A DNA stretch of 48,778 nt, filler included, from Catajapyx aquilonaris (lineage: Eukaryota), in NCBI GenBank assembly GCA_000934665.2. It is 2 parts of 2 records of this genome, joined end to end, with 100 filler letters (N's around TTAATTAATTAA, not from the genome) between each part and the next. Parts side by side here need not be neighbours in the genome. Positions count along the whole stretch, not along the records: positions 24,399 to 48,778 come from JYFJ02005540.1; 1 more part is not named here. The stretch is one strand, 5' to 3'. Under the pieces are notes generated by a model. It had not been told where the DNA came from and searched no databases. It worked only from the letters and a program-made list of their open reading frames with translations. Each line of letters begins with the position of its first letter. Position 1 is the first letter of the stretch. The position numbers and the translations under genes were made by a program. Positions 32,621 to 45,900 of the stretch are shown here, piece after piece.

Positions 32621-35600
32621 CCTGGAGGGTGGAGACCAAGGCCAGAGGATCCTGTGAATCTGTACTTTTACTCGTTAATTAAAGAGCAAGTGACTGCCTA
32701 TTTTTCGGCTAGCCATACATTGTTAAGGTGAGCATTAATATAAAACAAGGTACAGTACCAGCGAATCCAATAATTCTTTTACACTACTTGACTAAACTGT
32801 ATGGCTCTTTGAGTAGTCTGCTGCATGAAAACGCATCAATTCCACTCATCACATTATAATTGTGCTGAATAATACCAGAATACTAGCTGTTGAGAAGTTG
32901 CAGGAATGGCCTGCAATTTTCCGAGAGATCGTGGCAGACGTTTTATCCTTTAAAATTATCGCTGCGCACATGTCGATAATTTGATTCTTCCGATAGTGAA
33001 GCTTTAATATTTATTTGACCCTTCAGATTCGAGTACACTGATATCGATTTCCAATAGCAATAACTTTGTGGATAATTTAATTCAAGGGAGCGTGGCAGAC
33101 GCAATTTAGTTTTTAGCTAAAAGCGTTACTTGGTGAAATGCTCACATTCTTTTGCATATGTTGTCCCAGGAAAAGTATGTAAGTTCTCGGCATAATCATC
33201 TCGGTTCTAGGACCTATACTAGGTATCATAGCATTACATCTATCTCCACATAAATCGTTTCCAGAAAACGTTTATGAGCTGCAGGTGCAAGTACATTAAT
33301 TAATTAATTTGCAGTATACTATAACTCTCGTGATATTTCAACGGCATATCTGCAACCATATATGTCAATGAACGCTTCATATTTCATACCGAAAATAGGC
33401 TAATCACTAGTAGAACGTGTTAACACCGCGATTGATTTTATTGCAGGAAACAACCAGAACAAAGACACTTCGTCCTTGCTGCCTACGTTCCTATATTACA
33501 ATAACCAAAGTACAAACCTTTTTTTTACGATACACTCTCATGATATATACTTTCATTTGGAAAGCCCAGTTCCTCCTGACAGGTTCGTAATAGGGACATA
33601 TAATTTCAGAAACTTTATTTCCTGCCTCTTACGCATCCCAGCTAGCATATGTAGATCCTGTCAAATGCAGCAGCCATGGGACCCCCTGCAGCCCGAGTTT
33701 TACAATCTCACAGTCACTCGGCCCAAAAATGAGAGAGATATGCGTAGGCCAGGTTCAAGCCCAGTTGGCATCTACCCCCTCGACCTGGTCAACTGTACTT
33801 AACAGAGTTCAGTGGTCAACGAGGCGTGGCATATGGTTTATTATGTCTCCGATAATAATTTCAGCATGCCCGGGAATAGCAAGTAGCGCCAGTTGTGTTG
33901 TCGGATCGAGCGGTCGCCAGCACAACCTTTCCTCCTGTTCTGAAAGCTCGCAAACTACTTTTGTTGTGTGCTGGTGTAACGTGCTGGGAGAGCATCATCA
34001 ACGCCCCACTGGTTCGCGATCTGGCGCCCACGGATGTTTCCCAAATTATTCAGCAAACTTGTTATATTAACAAGTCGCCTCCGCGTGATGGATTATTATC
34101 GATTGCGGAGGACACTGTTTCTGCTGCTGAGCTTTAGCTAAAGGTTTCGATTTGCATTCAAGCTCCTGAGGACGTAAAAAAATGTTAATGTCACCTTCAG
34201 GTATATAGAGTCAGTTGCATCAAATATCTTAATGCAAGATTGATCCGGGGCAGTAAAACAGAATATGATGGGTCGTAAAGTGAGATTATGTAGTACTTAT
34301 CATCGACCCCAGTGAATCTTTATGGGCAAAATCCGGGATGGTGTGCACTTATTATCAGAGGTATATTAGATTAACTGGAAGTTTTTAACCAGGTTTCATC
34401 CCCACATTAATTACGTTTGAAAGTGAAGGGCTGAATTACATCCGGCCATCTCAGAGCTTCCCACAACGCCACATAAATTTTATGCTGCCATTTAATTATT
34501 CACTACACCCATGCGATTCGACCTATGTTTAATTAGTGCGCCGTGGTGACACCTCCACCTCTAATTGCGCCATAACATTGCAATGGATTACAGGTTCCTC
34601 CCCATCTAGCTCACTTTTGTCAATATACCTTGTTGGAATAGCTGCCATGTTTTTTTCCCCCTCTTATCCAAGACGCATCTGGACAAGCTGGACGTTTATC
34701 TTGAGGGAGTCGTTTTGCAGCACTTTTCGCCGAAAGAGAGAAGTCTCCCGAGAGAAATATTTCCGCCTGATAGCGCAACAGCATCTCGCAAGAAAACCAT
34801 TAGTCAATGTTGCCTGCGACAGATCATTAGGTGTGAAACCATCGTTTCCCCAGTAATGCGCATCACGGTTGTGTCTTCCTCTCACCACATATTTCGGGGA
34901 TAAGGCCCACACACATCTCGATTTCTCCCCCAATTATTTTCCGCATGACTGCATAACGTACATGAAAGGCCCATACAGGTGACAGCTGCAAACCACGTGA
35001 TGAGTCACTCAGCGCACAATGCAGTCATGCTCACCTTCCACAATGCGGACTTGTTTTAATCAAATTGCACGAGCTTTTTCATGCGTTTGATTCAACCTCT
35101 CGTGTTTCTGCATCGGAAAATGCTGTGCTACCGATTTTTGCACTGATGTACGCCATCACGTGTTTTGGGGCTAAAAAATTAATATTCTCAATTCCGCCAA
35201 TATTTCCGCGGAATTCCACATGTTCGCGGGACTATTAATTATTACCTGGAGCGTAGCTGCCAACGTCACAGTATGTGTCCTTATAGCTGATTAAAAATTA
35301 AACTATATAAAATTTACCAAAACGAGTAATTAAAGAATAATTCATGTTGAATTGTCTGACAGCTGCAGTAATTCCGACATTTCCCGCAATCCCCCAGTGG
35401 TATCCACACAATTAACCGCTAATCAGGAAATGTACCCGGTAAACTGATAAATAAACGCCATGGGTGCTGGCCGTCACACACGTCGCTGGTGACTCAAAGG
35501 CCATGATAACAAGTGCCCAGGGTTATTGCAAGTAGTTTTTTTAAACAACGGAAACAAGGCTAATCTGTTCAAAGAACGTCTTCTTTTTGTCTAGTGGACT

Positions 35601-38600
35601 GTATTTATAGGAGCGCACTTCGCTGTTGAAAGTGGCAGTTAAATAAATGAGGAGCATAAGTAACTTGACGTCCGGATTCAGAGATAAAACAAGTTTTTTT
35701 TCCCCGGGTGAAAGAGCCGAATTTTCATCCCTGAAGTACCGCTTTGCTGGCTTTAACTGTGGGAAATTCAATTTGGGCTGATGCCTACTCTTTGCAACAA
35801 TATTTTCTACTCTTTCCATACTCTGTACCAGTGTTATCGTCGCAAGATCGCAAGATCAAAACGTTTCCAGATGTCATACACAGTACTCGTATGCCGCTGA
35901 CGTACAGTACTTTTTACGTACACTGCTTGGATAAACACAATCTTGACCTTTGCTGGAACGACTGAGCAAGGATGTACCCTAATTACATGATCATAAAATA
36001 TTTCGGCTTCCAATCCTCACGAGAAGACACATGCAAAAGTGACAAGTGTGCGTGGGTGTAACGAAGAGAATTTTGGAATAAATAATTAACGACATGAAGC
36101 GGTTCCCTCCAGAAATTAGTTTGCTCTGCACATTCCATGTATGCGCAGGCTAGTAAATCAAAAGCAACTGTTGAATTTAGCCTGTTTTGTGGGACGGATA
36201 ATAAGAGCCGACTAATGAGAGTTGGTACCTGCTAATCAGCCCTAATAAAGTTACGGCAGCTGCATATAAACTTACATGCAATGCTGCCGGATCCGTTTAG
36301 GTAGAATTCATCCCGCGAGTGCTTCCCAAATTGGATGTGGAGTAGATATGCACACAACACGTCACACACCCAAAAAAAAATCATCGCCTTTTTGAGGGCA
36401 CAACACGAACTTCATTTGTTAAATGCGTTATCTGTGGTTTGCATAGATTTGTATGTTTGCCTGAAACGAACGTGTCCTTGTGAGCCCAAACATGACCAGA
36501 TTGCACATGCATGTCTACAGACAGCCCTGGAAAAAAATCGCCCCATGATTTATAGTCAGTTAGATGCGGCGCTAATCTATCCTTTTCAATAGGAAGGGAA
36601 GCCCAGTCCCTCTGAATTTTCCGCAAAACCCTCGAGCCACAAACTGTCGATTGGCGTAACTACATCGTGATATCCCCACGCTCACATTGCAATCATCGGC
36701 TGACCAGAATTCAACCGTCGTGGGCAATGCAGCAGACCCAAAATGCCAATCAGAATACAGTGATCGTGACAGATCACTGTTGTCGCATTTGGGTATAGAT
36801 TACTGTCAATATGTATGTGTCTGTTTACATATTTTGAGGTGTAGTTTCTGCGCCTAGTCCATATTACTAGTGAGGTTTTTGTTGCACCTGAACATATCAT
36901 GCCACAGCAAGACACACTGCAATTTTTCGTCCCATTTTGCTTCATCGCGTTTGTGAACAACGTGCTCAAACTAAACCAAACAGTTTGTGATTCCAGCATC
37001 CCCACGATGCAGAAAATCGTGCATTGCTCACCTGATGAGACATGTGCAAGCAACACTGAGAAATATGCGAAAATTGTTGGAAAAAAGTCATGCATGAACT
37101 GAGCCAATGTAATAATTTTTATACTGTAATATTAAGATGGGGTTGATGTAAGAAGCGCTGTACCATACTGTATTGAGCAGTGTCGGGATGCGGGTGTTGA
37201 GCGTTGGTGGTAGTAGGAGGCGCCTCAAAAGCACCAGGAGATGACTGGGAAGAAGATCCTCGGCCGAAATCCAGGCCTGCAGTCGGCCGTTTTCTCTGGC
37301 AGAATAAGGGGGGACACCAAACGGGTTACGCGCGTTTGCACACCAAAGCCACTCTGCCATACTTAACTTCACTTAGATTAAGTTAGTATAAGTGGCTGTC
37401 GGGACTTGCCATTCAACACTGGTTCACTACATGCATACACAGAGTTGAATATAAAAAAGGTGTCATCTGAGAGAAGAAAATTGTGACAGAAAAGCCTGCT
37501 CGCGAAAAGAAGATTTCATATGCATTATACAACAGAAGAGTAAATTCAGTTGCATGCATAACAGTGGTTAGTTGATGTGCCGTAGATGCTTTGTGAATTG
37601 CATGGATGCTGCGGTGAGATTCTGATACCGCAAATTTAGATGCACTATACACATGCTGATGGGTTAACTATATTAAAAATCGGATTCTATTCTCATGCAA
37701 TTCCAGCTAATTCAGATCATTCATGCGTGTGGAATTTCTAACGATATTTGCAAAATTTACACTGCCATGCACCGAATAATCCTAACGAAGCATTTTTTAC
37801 CGCCCTTCGAGGCTTGGAAAAAAACCCTTCGCACCGCAAAACTCATTTTGCCGAAAATATTCATTCCATTCGGTGTGTACTAAAAAAAACCGCGAGCCCG
37901 AAAACAAAATCCTCGGGTTATTATACGGCGTAAATAGGAATAAGGCTCGTTACGCCGGATAAGAGGATTGCATTTTGTTGTTGTTGTTTGTGCCCCATCA
38001 GCAGGATCAGTTTGGCGCATTAGGACCAGATTCGGGTAGCACTCGAAACATTGGTTGAACAACCATGAATGACCCAAAGGCTATGTATTCNCCCCCCCCC
38101 TCATTCTATCTCGAAGTGCTTCGAGGCTCTTTTGGAACTTGGCTCACGTCCCGCCGCCAAACCCAAGGCGAAACCAAAAGAGAAGCCTAATGGAAAGGCA
38201 CATCTTTTGCCGGAGACCAATTCGAAAGTAGGGAGAGGTTGGAAGGCCATGATGGAAGCCCAGGGTTTTCAGGAGGGATCGAAACATTGCTAGGAGACCC
38301 AAGGCTGACCCTTCTGGTCAACCTTATGGCCTGATAGATGGAGGTCCAAGCTAAGAAGGAAATTGCACGCCTCCGTCATGTCGTGCCGCTATAGAATTTC
38401 GGAATGAAGCAGCATGCGCCATCTACTGATTTCCTTCCCAACTTCTGCAGAAAACATGGGCTAAACCTTTGGCCCAATCTGTATTAAAATGTTAGGTTCT
38501 AGAGGGGCTGAGATCAATCGGTCGTGGAAATTGGCAAGACTGCAACGCAGTTTCCTTCATTTAGCCGATTAGAACGAGACAAAAAGCTTACTTACGGGCT

Positions 38601-41600
38601 AATTCCCTGGGTCGAAAAAGGAGGTGGAAACGCAACCTTTTGAGAGACGCCTTTCAGTGATCGATCCGATGTGAAGACTTGGTTTTTTTAAAGAGACAAC
38701 TTCTGCTAATCAAACTAATTTAATCCGTGGTGCCAAAATGTCAGAGACAGAATATTGTACGCCTTTTGTTCTCCCGATAATAATGGAACTATTGACGTGC
38801 CCGTAATTATAATAACGCTTAAGCCTCTATGCAACCAGTCCGTAGAATGCTAATCCTAGTGGCACTGTTGATGTCCCCAAAGCATTAATATTTTGCCGCA
38901 CTTATTATAATTGCATGCCCCGAGCAGGGCAGCAAAACTCTGCTGAATATTTTCTGAGAGTGATAATCACTCCCGAGGGTCACGCGTTATCTGCGTTTGA
39001 TTACTACCAGCTCTCCAGCCGTTAGTTACTCTAACGACGTTTATAATGCTTGTGGGAAATGGTACCCGGGTCTTTGATTGTGGCTATGCATCACCTCCAT
39101 TGCGTCAGATTAGGAAGATATTAGTCCATATGGTACGTGGCCTCAGGCTTTTCCACGGGTTTTATATCTGATTTTTGGTGTTGGATTATGAAATTCATAT
39201 TTTTTTAGGTGCGGTTACCTGCTTTTATGGGTCCTCAGGCCGGGATTACATATTCCCTTCAAAAAATGCGATTTTTTTGCAAAATGCCAACTCTTTTATC
39301 GCACGTTTTGCATGACATTGCAGACGCCCGTCGCACACACACTTCGCCATAAAAGCGAACACTATCTAACCCTCCCTTCATGGTCGGATGTGCCGTAACT
39401 GATTAAAGTGTCTATAGAAACGACGCAGACTGCATAAAAGATTAGGCAATATCGCATCATGCACACACACCCCCGAGCCTGTAAAATTAAATGTAGTAAC
39501 CGCGAGTAATTTGCCCCACACTAATTGAGTGTAGCGTAATTACCTCATGTCCTGCGCATAACTAACGTGGTTTTTACGCCCAAACTATCTAATAATGTTT
39601 CTTATTCCGGTCGAAAAAGCAAGCCCAGTTTTCATATAACGTACAAAGGAGCAGCCTCCGTTAAAGTGCAGGTAATTAGCAGCAAACATTGGTTGCAGCA
39701 AGAGTACCCTTCCCTGTTATCTTTCAAGCAGCACAAATACAATCTAAGGCACACAAGAGCTGGGTTCAAGGCAAGCTCTCGTTTTTTTTTTACAGGAATC
39801 TTTTCTGTTCTCTAATTGTAATTCGCAATGGGAGCTGCCTCCAGGGGCGTCCTGCCGATTTGCTCTCTTGGACAGCCACCATTTCTATGGAGTGCAGGCA
39901 GGGGGAAACGAGGGCATTTATCTCCTTTTTGTCCTACTACTCTATTTTCTTAATTGGACCGATTCAGGTGGGGTACGTATCAAAAGTTGGAGCGTGCATT
40001 CTACTTTTGTGCCATTTCTAGGGGGGACGATGGCCGCAATTTATTCTGTGGTCACTGCAGTCCACGTGCTGCAGTCACTTCTCCAATATCAGAAGCTTCA
40101 AGTTGTCACATATCAGTCCGGGACGCAACAAGTCTCCGGAAACGTTACATGCATTTCGCACATTACGTGTGCGAAATTCTACAGGAGAGAACCCCCTTTT
40201 TTTGCCGATCCGGAAAAAAAAGGGTTGAACACAACCAGAATGACTTCAACTGCCATTTGCAGGCATGTTTTACTGGCGGCCGCAATGCCCGCAAACCCAT
40301 TTTGCTCGGCCGTGTCCTCTAGGAAGGGAGTGGAAAAGAGGGTAGTGTCCCGATAGTGTCCCGACACCTGCAGCTGTCATTAAATAATTCGTCCCTTTCT
40401 AGTCTAGACAACCATTAGTTCCTGTCAGGATCAACCTTCCTCCATTTTCTATACTCAATTTACTTACAGTGCACTGTCCAAGTTCTAAGGTGAAGTTATG
40501 CCATCATTTCCATACGGATCCAAAATAATCAGAGCGTTGCACAACGCTTCTCCCGAGGAGATTACGACATTCTAGTTCTAATATCAAAGTGATCAATTGT
40601 TGGGATGAGTGCCGCGTATAGAAAGTTGTCCAAATCCAGCGACCTGAATCTTTGCCAGAGTTTGCTTAAAATGTCCTCACTTTCAGCACCATGTTGACGA
40701 CTTCACGCTCCGTTTCATGACCTGCATTTCCATTTTCGAGCATTATATTAATCTAGTCATGTTTACACGCTGGGCTAGGAAGCCAGCTTATTTCTACGCC
40801 TAGAGGGGGTGAGCATGGGTATCACGCACAACATTTTGCTTTCAGTACGGAGCATTACGCTGGTGTTTAAATGTTTCAACTTGCACGGAGACTCGGAAAT
40901 TGAGTCAACATGAATTAAATTTGAATCCTCTAGAAACCTGGCGGATTTGGCCCCAGGTCATTAATTATTAGAGGCACTTGCTCTCATCTGGAATAACGTT
41001 AAAACAACTTGGTAGTTTAGTTTTACGGTCGTGGAGTGAAAAGTATAGCGGATGGACCATTTCACTTTAGCACTTTTTCAACTACTTTAAAAAAAAATTA
41101 ATATCGTTTAATATGTTCAAATCCGAACCGTGCAATGTGGTTTTTAATCACTTACGCGCCTGTTGATGTTAATAACGTTTTTATTCGCAGAGTAGTGTTG
41201 CATGCACATATTGGGTTTTAATTAATCTGGGATTGCATTTAACCTTATTATGTCTCAAACAACAGTATTTAGTGCGGATTATCCTTTGAATGCCTCTGGG
41301 TTCAGAAAATGTTGTACGGGCCGTCGATGATGCCTTCGCATTTTATATTACAAGCTTTATATCTAACGTAACGTGCTTTCTATAAATTATGGTGAGTGAG
41401 TTAAGTTCACTCTTCCACTTGAAGAAGTCACCAATTAGTTTAGACGAAAATCATATTATCAACTAAGTAGTGCAATTTTTATGTTATTAACCGTCGATTT
41501 TACTGAATATGAAACTGCAGTTGGCTGGTTGTTACAAGAAAACTAAGGGAAAATATTATCTGTGTAGTAATTCTCTACATAATTTCAGATAGCCGCATAA

Positions 41601-42028
41601 TTTGAGTTAATGCGACTGTCCTCCCTACTAGCTTAATTTATTACGGGTAGTTGGAATGCGATTTTCTCCGTAAATTGCAGGAAACGTTAACACTAATCAA
41701 ACTGAGCATAAATTCACTTGCAAACATTTACATCCAATCCAGCAGTCCTGGACACCTGCAGTTGCCACCAGTCCATTCCACAGGCGACATTTCTCTGCAC
41801 TTTTCTTACACGCTACAGGCTACAGTGCACGGGCAATCATAAACGAACCAATCGCCGATTAAGACACATTTTTTTTGCAGGCACCATTCCTTCACCGCAA
41901 CCCATAAAACACAGTGAAATGCACCAGTTTTGACCGGTCGGACAGGTCTCAAAATCTACAGCACAGCACACCAACCATCTACCTTACGTCTAATTGACTG
42001 AATACGCATAAGTGAAATGGGGGCTTAC

Positions 42029-42427
42029 CTGGTTCATGTATGACCGGACAAACTCCATGGCCTGCTCCAAGGCGTAAGTGTCGCTGCTGCATGTGTCGAG
42101 TATGACCGCCCCTAAGGTGACATTAGGCAGAAGATCTGGATCGCGGTTGATCTCGTCCAGCGCGTACAGCATGGCCTCCAATCTCTGTGTCCCTTTTTCC
42201 TCCTTGACCGCCCCGCAAGGCTCCTGCACGTTGAAACTCACATGTTCGTGCATCGGAAACATCCCTCCGAAGATAACGTCCCCAGGCAACCTCAGTATCT
42301 TCCCTTCCTCCTGAGTCAACTGATGCGTGCACCTCACAGGCTGTAGCACCACCACCAGAAGAAGAAGCAGCATCACCAGCCTCTTCCGCCTCTTCCGTGG
42401 ACACACCGGGACGTCCATCGTGGCCAT
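42029..42427 (-). CDS. Metabotropic glutamate receptor-family class C GPCR, first coding exon (signal peptide and start of Venus flytrap domain, 133 aa); rest of gene not seen
   Basis: gaaATGG start; basic-hydrophobic signal peptide ([23 protein letters not shown]); hallmark motifs [59 protein letters not shown]; donor CAG|gtaagc, phase 0. Confidence 0.95.
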
Positions 42428-42986
42428 TTCACGCCGTCCAGAAGCGGCCCATTGCCAGCAGCGGTGGTGATGTCCGACACCCAAATGCGGGCTGATGTGC
42501 TGGTGTCCTCCGGAGCTGTTTGCTCGTGCGCCGGATGCTGATCGTCATGGAAACCCCGAAACCGACCGATGAGAGACTCTCTACAGCATCCACTCTCTCT
42601 CTTGTTTGAAAGCAACCCCCTTCTTCAGGTCTTGAAGGTGGTGGTGACCCAAGTGGCTGGGCGTCGGAGGCGTCGCTTGATGCTGGGGATGGACCCCCCT
42701 CTCCCACCCTCCGTCCTTGCTTTTGCGACGACCTCTGCGCTGGCGCTGCATAGTCCTGTGGAACCAACGAGGAGGCTGCTTTTTCCTAATCCTACGGCTA
42801 TTGCGGTACTGCCTCTAGCTCTCTCTCTCTCTATTTTTTGTGTGCTTCACCTCATAGGGCCATCGATCTGGCTTTTTGGTTAATTTATTCCTTGATCAGC
42901 AGTCGCAAACTCCCTCAGCTTGCTCTGGAGGTGTGATAGTTTGTTGGTGTTTTCCTGTGAGCTTTTCGATGGTGATGGACTATGCC
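42428..42986 (-). other. Probable 5' UTR part of the receptor exon, containing several upstream ORFs
   Basis: Candidate acceptor tctagttccag|GG ending at 42987; GC/purine-rich stretch continuous with the CDS; upstream ATGs including 42751 and 42548. Confidence 0.5.
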
Positions 42987-45900
42987 CTGGAACTAGATAA
43001 ATACCTGAGATTATATGTAAACTGTCGACTCTGCCACTTCACAAATTTTTGAAAATGTAATAAAATCGAATCTAGTCTAATTTAATTAATACTTAAAAAA
43101 TAGAGAATAATAAAAATCACATTTCGTTAGCTGTAGGCCTATTCGACGAAAAATGTTTGAAAATATTTATATTACACGGAATAACTAACGTATAGGCAAA
43201 TAATTATCTTCTTACTTCATGTAGATGAGCATTTAAGCTGAACTGGTGAAATTAATACCGTTTGATCATGTGGCAAGCAGAACTACCCAATGGTGACATT
43301 TAAAGCCAAAGGACCTCTTCAACAGCGAAACGTTTATTGTTTCAATATTCCAGGGTAGGCAATCACAGCACCAGAAAAGTGCAATAAAATCCCGGAGAAC
43401 TTGAGAAATACCAGACTTTCTCAAGGATAAAACGCGGTTAATTACATCCATCTGATGAGGTAACCCAGCAGAAAATATGGGGCTCATTTCCAGAAAATTT
43501 CCAGCAAAATGGGACCCAATTTTTAACCCCTCGACGTATGGTATAGTTATTTAGGTCGGGTGTCGATAGGGTTTTCCTGTTTAATCATATTGCACTCTAC
43601 ACTAATTACTGCTCTTTTTGCTCAATGTTATCACCCAACCACCCCTCCCCTTTCTGAACTTTGAAGCTTGATTAAAATTCGACTTGATGCTTCATTTTTT
43701 GGGGGGTTGGACCTGGGGATTATTGCATTCCGCTCCCTTTACGACAGTTATATAAAACTACTTTGCAGCACTGTGTCTCATTAATTCCACCCTTCTCATT
43801 ATGCCCTCTCCTCTCGAGTCACTTATCGCAAAATTGGCACTTTTATATTAGGAGTTAGAGTGGCGAAATTAGATAGTAACGGGAACGAGGCTCGTTAAAA
43901 ATGTTCCCAAGGAATTATTAATCCTGCACCAGGCAGAGGGGCCATGGAAAGTCTTCGTAACCTTTGACGTTCGGTTACGAGTATAGGCCCAGAGCTTAGT
44001 GTATACAGAGCCACGGATATCTAAAAATAGTGGACCAAATGTTTACAAGTTGCATAATTCTGCAAGGTTGTATACATCAGTTGAAAAAAATCTAAACCTG
44101 TGTTCTCCACTCGAATTGTAAATTAGCTGATTTGTTTAGTTCACTATCCATTGTGAAGCGGCGGGATATCCCATAAGAATACCGATGCATATGCGCAATT
44201 TTGCAAAATGTAACCCTATAATACTGGCCCGCTGTAATTTAATACACAAGCGCAAACAAAAAGGTAGTCAATACGCCATTGGCTTTTTTTCGCTAAAAAG
44301 TAACAAGATTGGTAATGCGATGTGCTTCGAACATTGCTGCATAAATATTTATGAACAACTTTGATGTGCTTCTTATGCATGTCCGCGGTCTTCCCCAAAA
44401 AAATTATTTTTTGTGCGTGTCTCCACTTATTTTTGCCTCCTCTTCAAAGGTATGCAATTTCCATAAAGTCGACTTGAAAGCCCTCGAAGCGTGAAATCGT
44501 TTTCGTGCTGAAGTGGAATTTTCCAGCAGTCACCAACCATTTTCTGGTCTGGGCTCGTACTTCGTTACATATTCCCATATTATGCGGAAATTACCTTCGC
44601 AAAATTACTCCTCTTGCGCTGTAGTCAGGGCTTCCAGATAGCTTCTTTAAGGCTACACAATTTTTTGTTAGAGTTTAAATAATATTTAAAAATTATTATA
44701 ATATGAATATACAGTATAGGAAGAATAAATAAATAACATATTTTTTTTCAGTTGGTTTAAGCTGAAGTACTCTATCGAGCAAATCCGTGTGTCGAGTTTG
44801 CGAGTGGTGAGTTAGTTTGCAAAAGTTTGCGAAGCTTGATGAATAGGGGTAGGGCATTGGCAAACGGTTCAGGTGAAGAGCAACGACCGTGAACCTTCTC
44901 TTTTTGCGTCGCATTTTCGCAAGAGAAGCGTGTACGGGTCCGGAAGAAACTTCATGAGATTTGCAAGCATTTTTCCCACGACCTGTATTTATATATGTGC
45001 ACCAGCTCGGAGGGATAGTGTGCAACGCGCCTAGATTAATCGATATTGATTGTAATCTCCGCTTCGGAATCTTTTTATCCCGTCAGGATTTGAGCGTCGC
45101 GGTTGTGCAAACCTGCTGCAAAGTGGATCACTCTTGCCTGTGTACCTAAAAGATCGATCTTGATTAAAGGGCCGTGACCATGGCGCCCGCGACTTTGCCT
45201 CTCATATTTTTGGCTGGATCCACTTTACCCACCATATTTACCATCGGCGTCGTTATTTACTAAATATTGGGCCACTTAAATCGGTGCACAGCCACTGAAA
45301 TGCTGTTTCAGTGAGAAAGTTTTTCATCAGATCTAAGGATAGAACTGGTTACATCAGATGTGAAATTTATCGCTAAGTTTTTGAGATAAAATATTGCAAG
45401 TTGGGCAACTTGTATGTCGATTGCACCTTTGACGACTGATCTTAGATATCAGTTCGCAAAAAAAACGATTGTAAAAAAATCTCCATTAGAAAGTTCGCAG
45501 TAGTTTTGTGTCCAAAGCCAAAGTAACGATTCTTTTTTAACGGCTGGTTCATGGCGCTGTAAATATTTACAATCTAGCTGCTCTGCGTAGCAACTGCCAC
45601 ATCCCCGCAGCGGTCATGTACTATCCGCACAATTAAAATTACTGAAAGTAATTACCCTGTACGACCAACAACTTTTGTTTATTACGAACCTGATGGGTGG
45701 AAACACTCTACAGGCTATTAATTAAAGTTCCTTAAAATAATCAACACTGTAATGCATTATAGGGTCAGGCATCTGTCCGGTACACACACACACGATGCTG
45801 CAAACGAGAGCCGCAAATATCTCAGCCATGCATAGGTAATCATTTTCATACCTGTGCACACATTCCTGCTGACACTCGCAAATTGACGTGCTAATAATAT

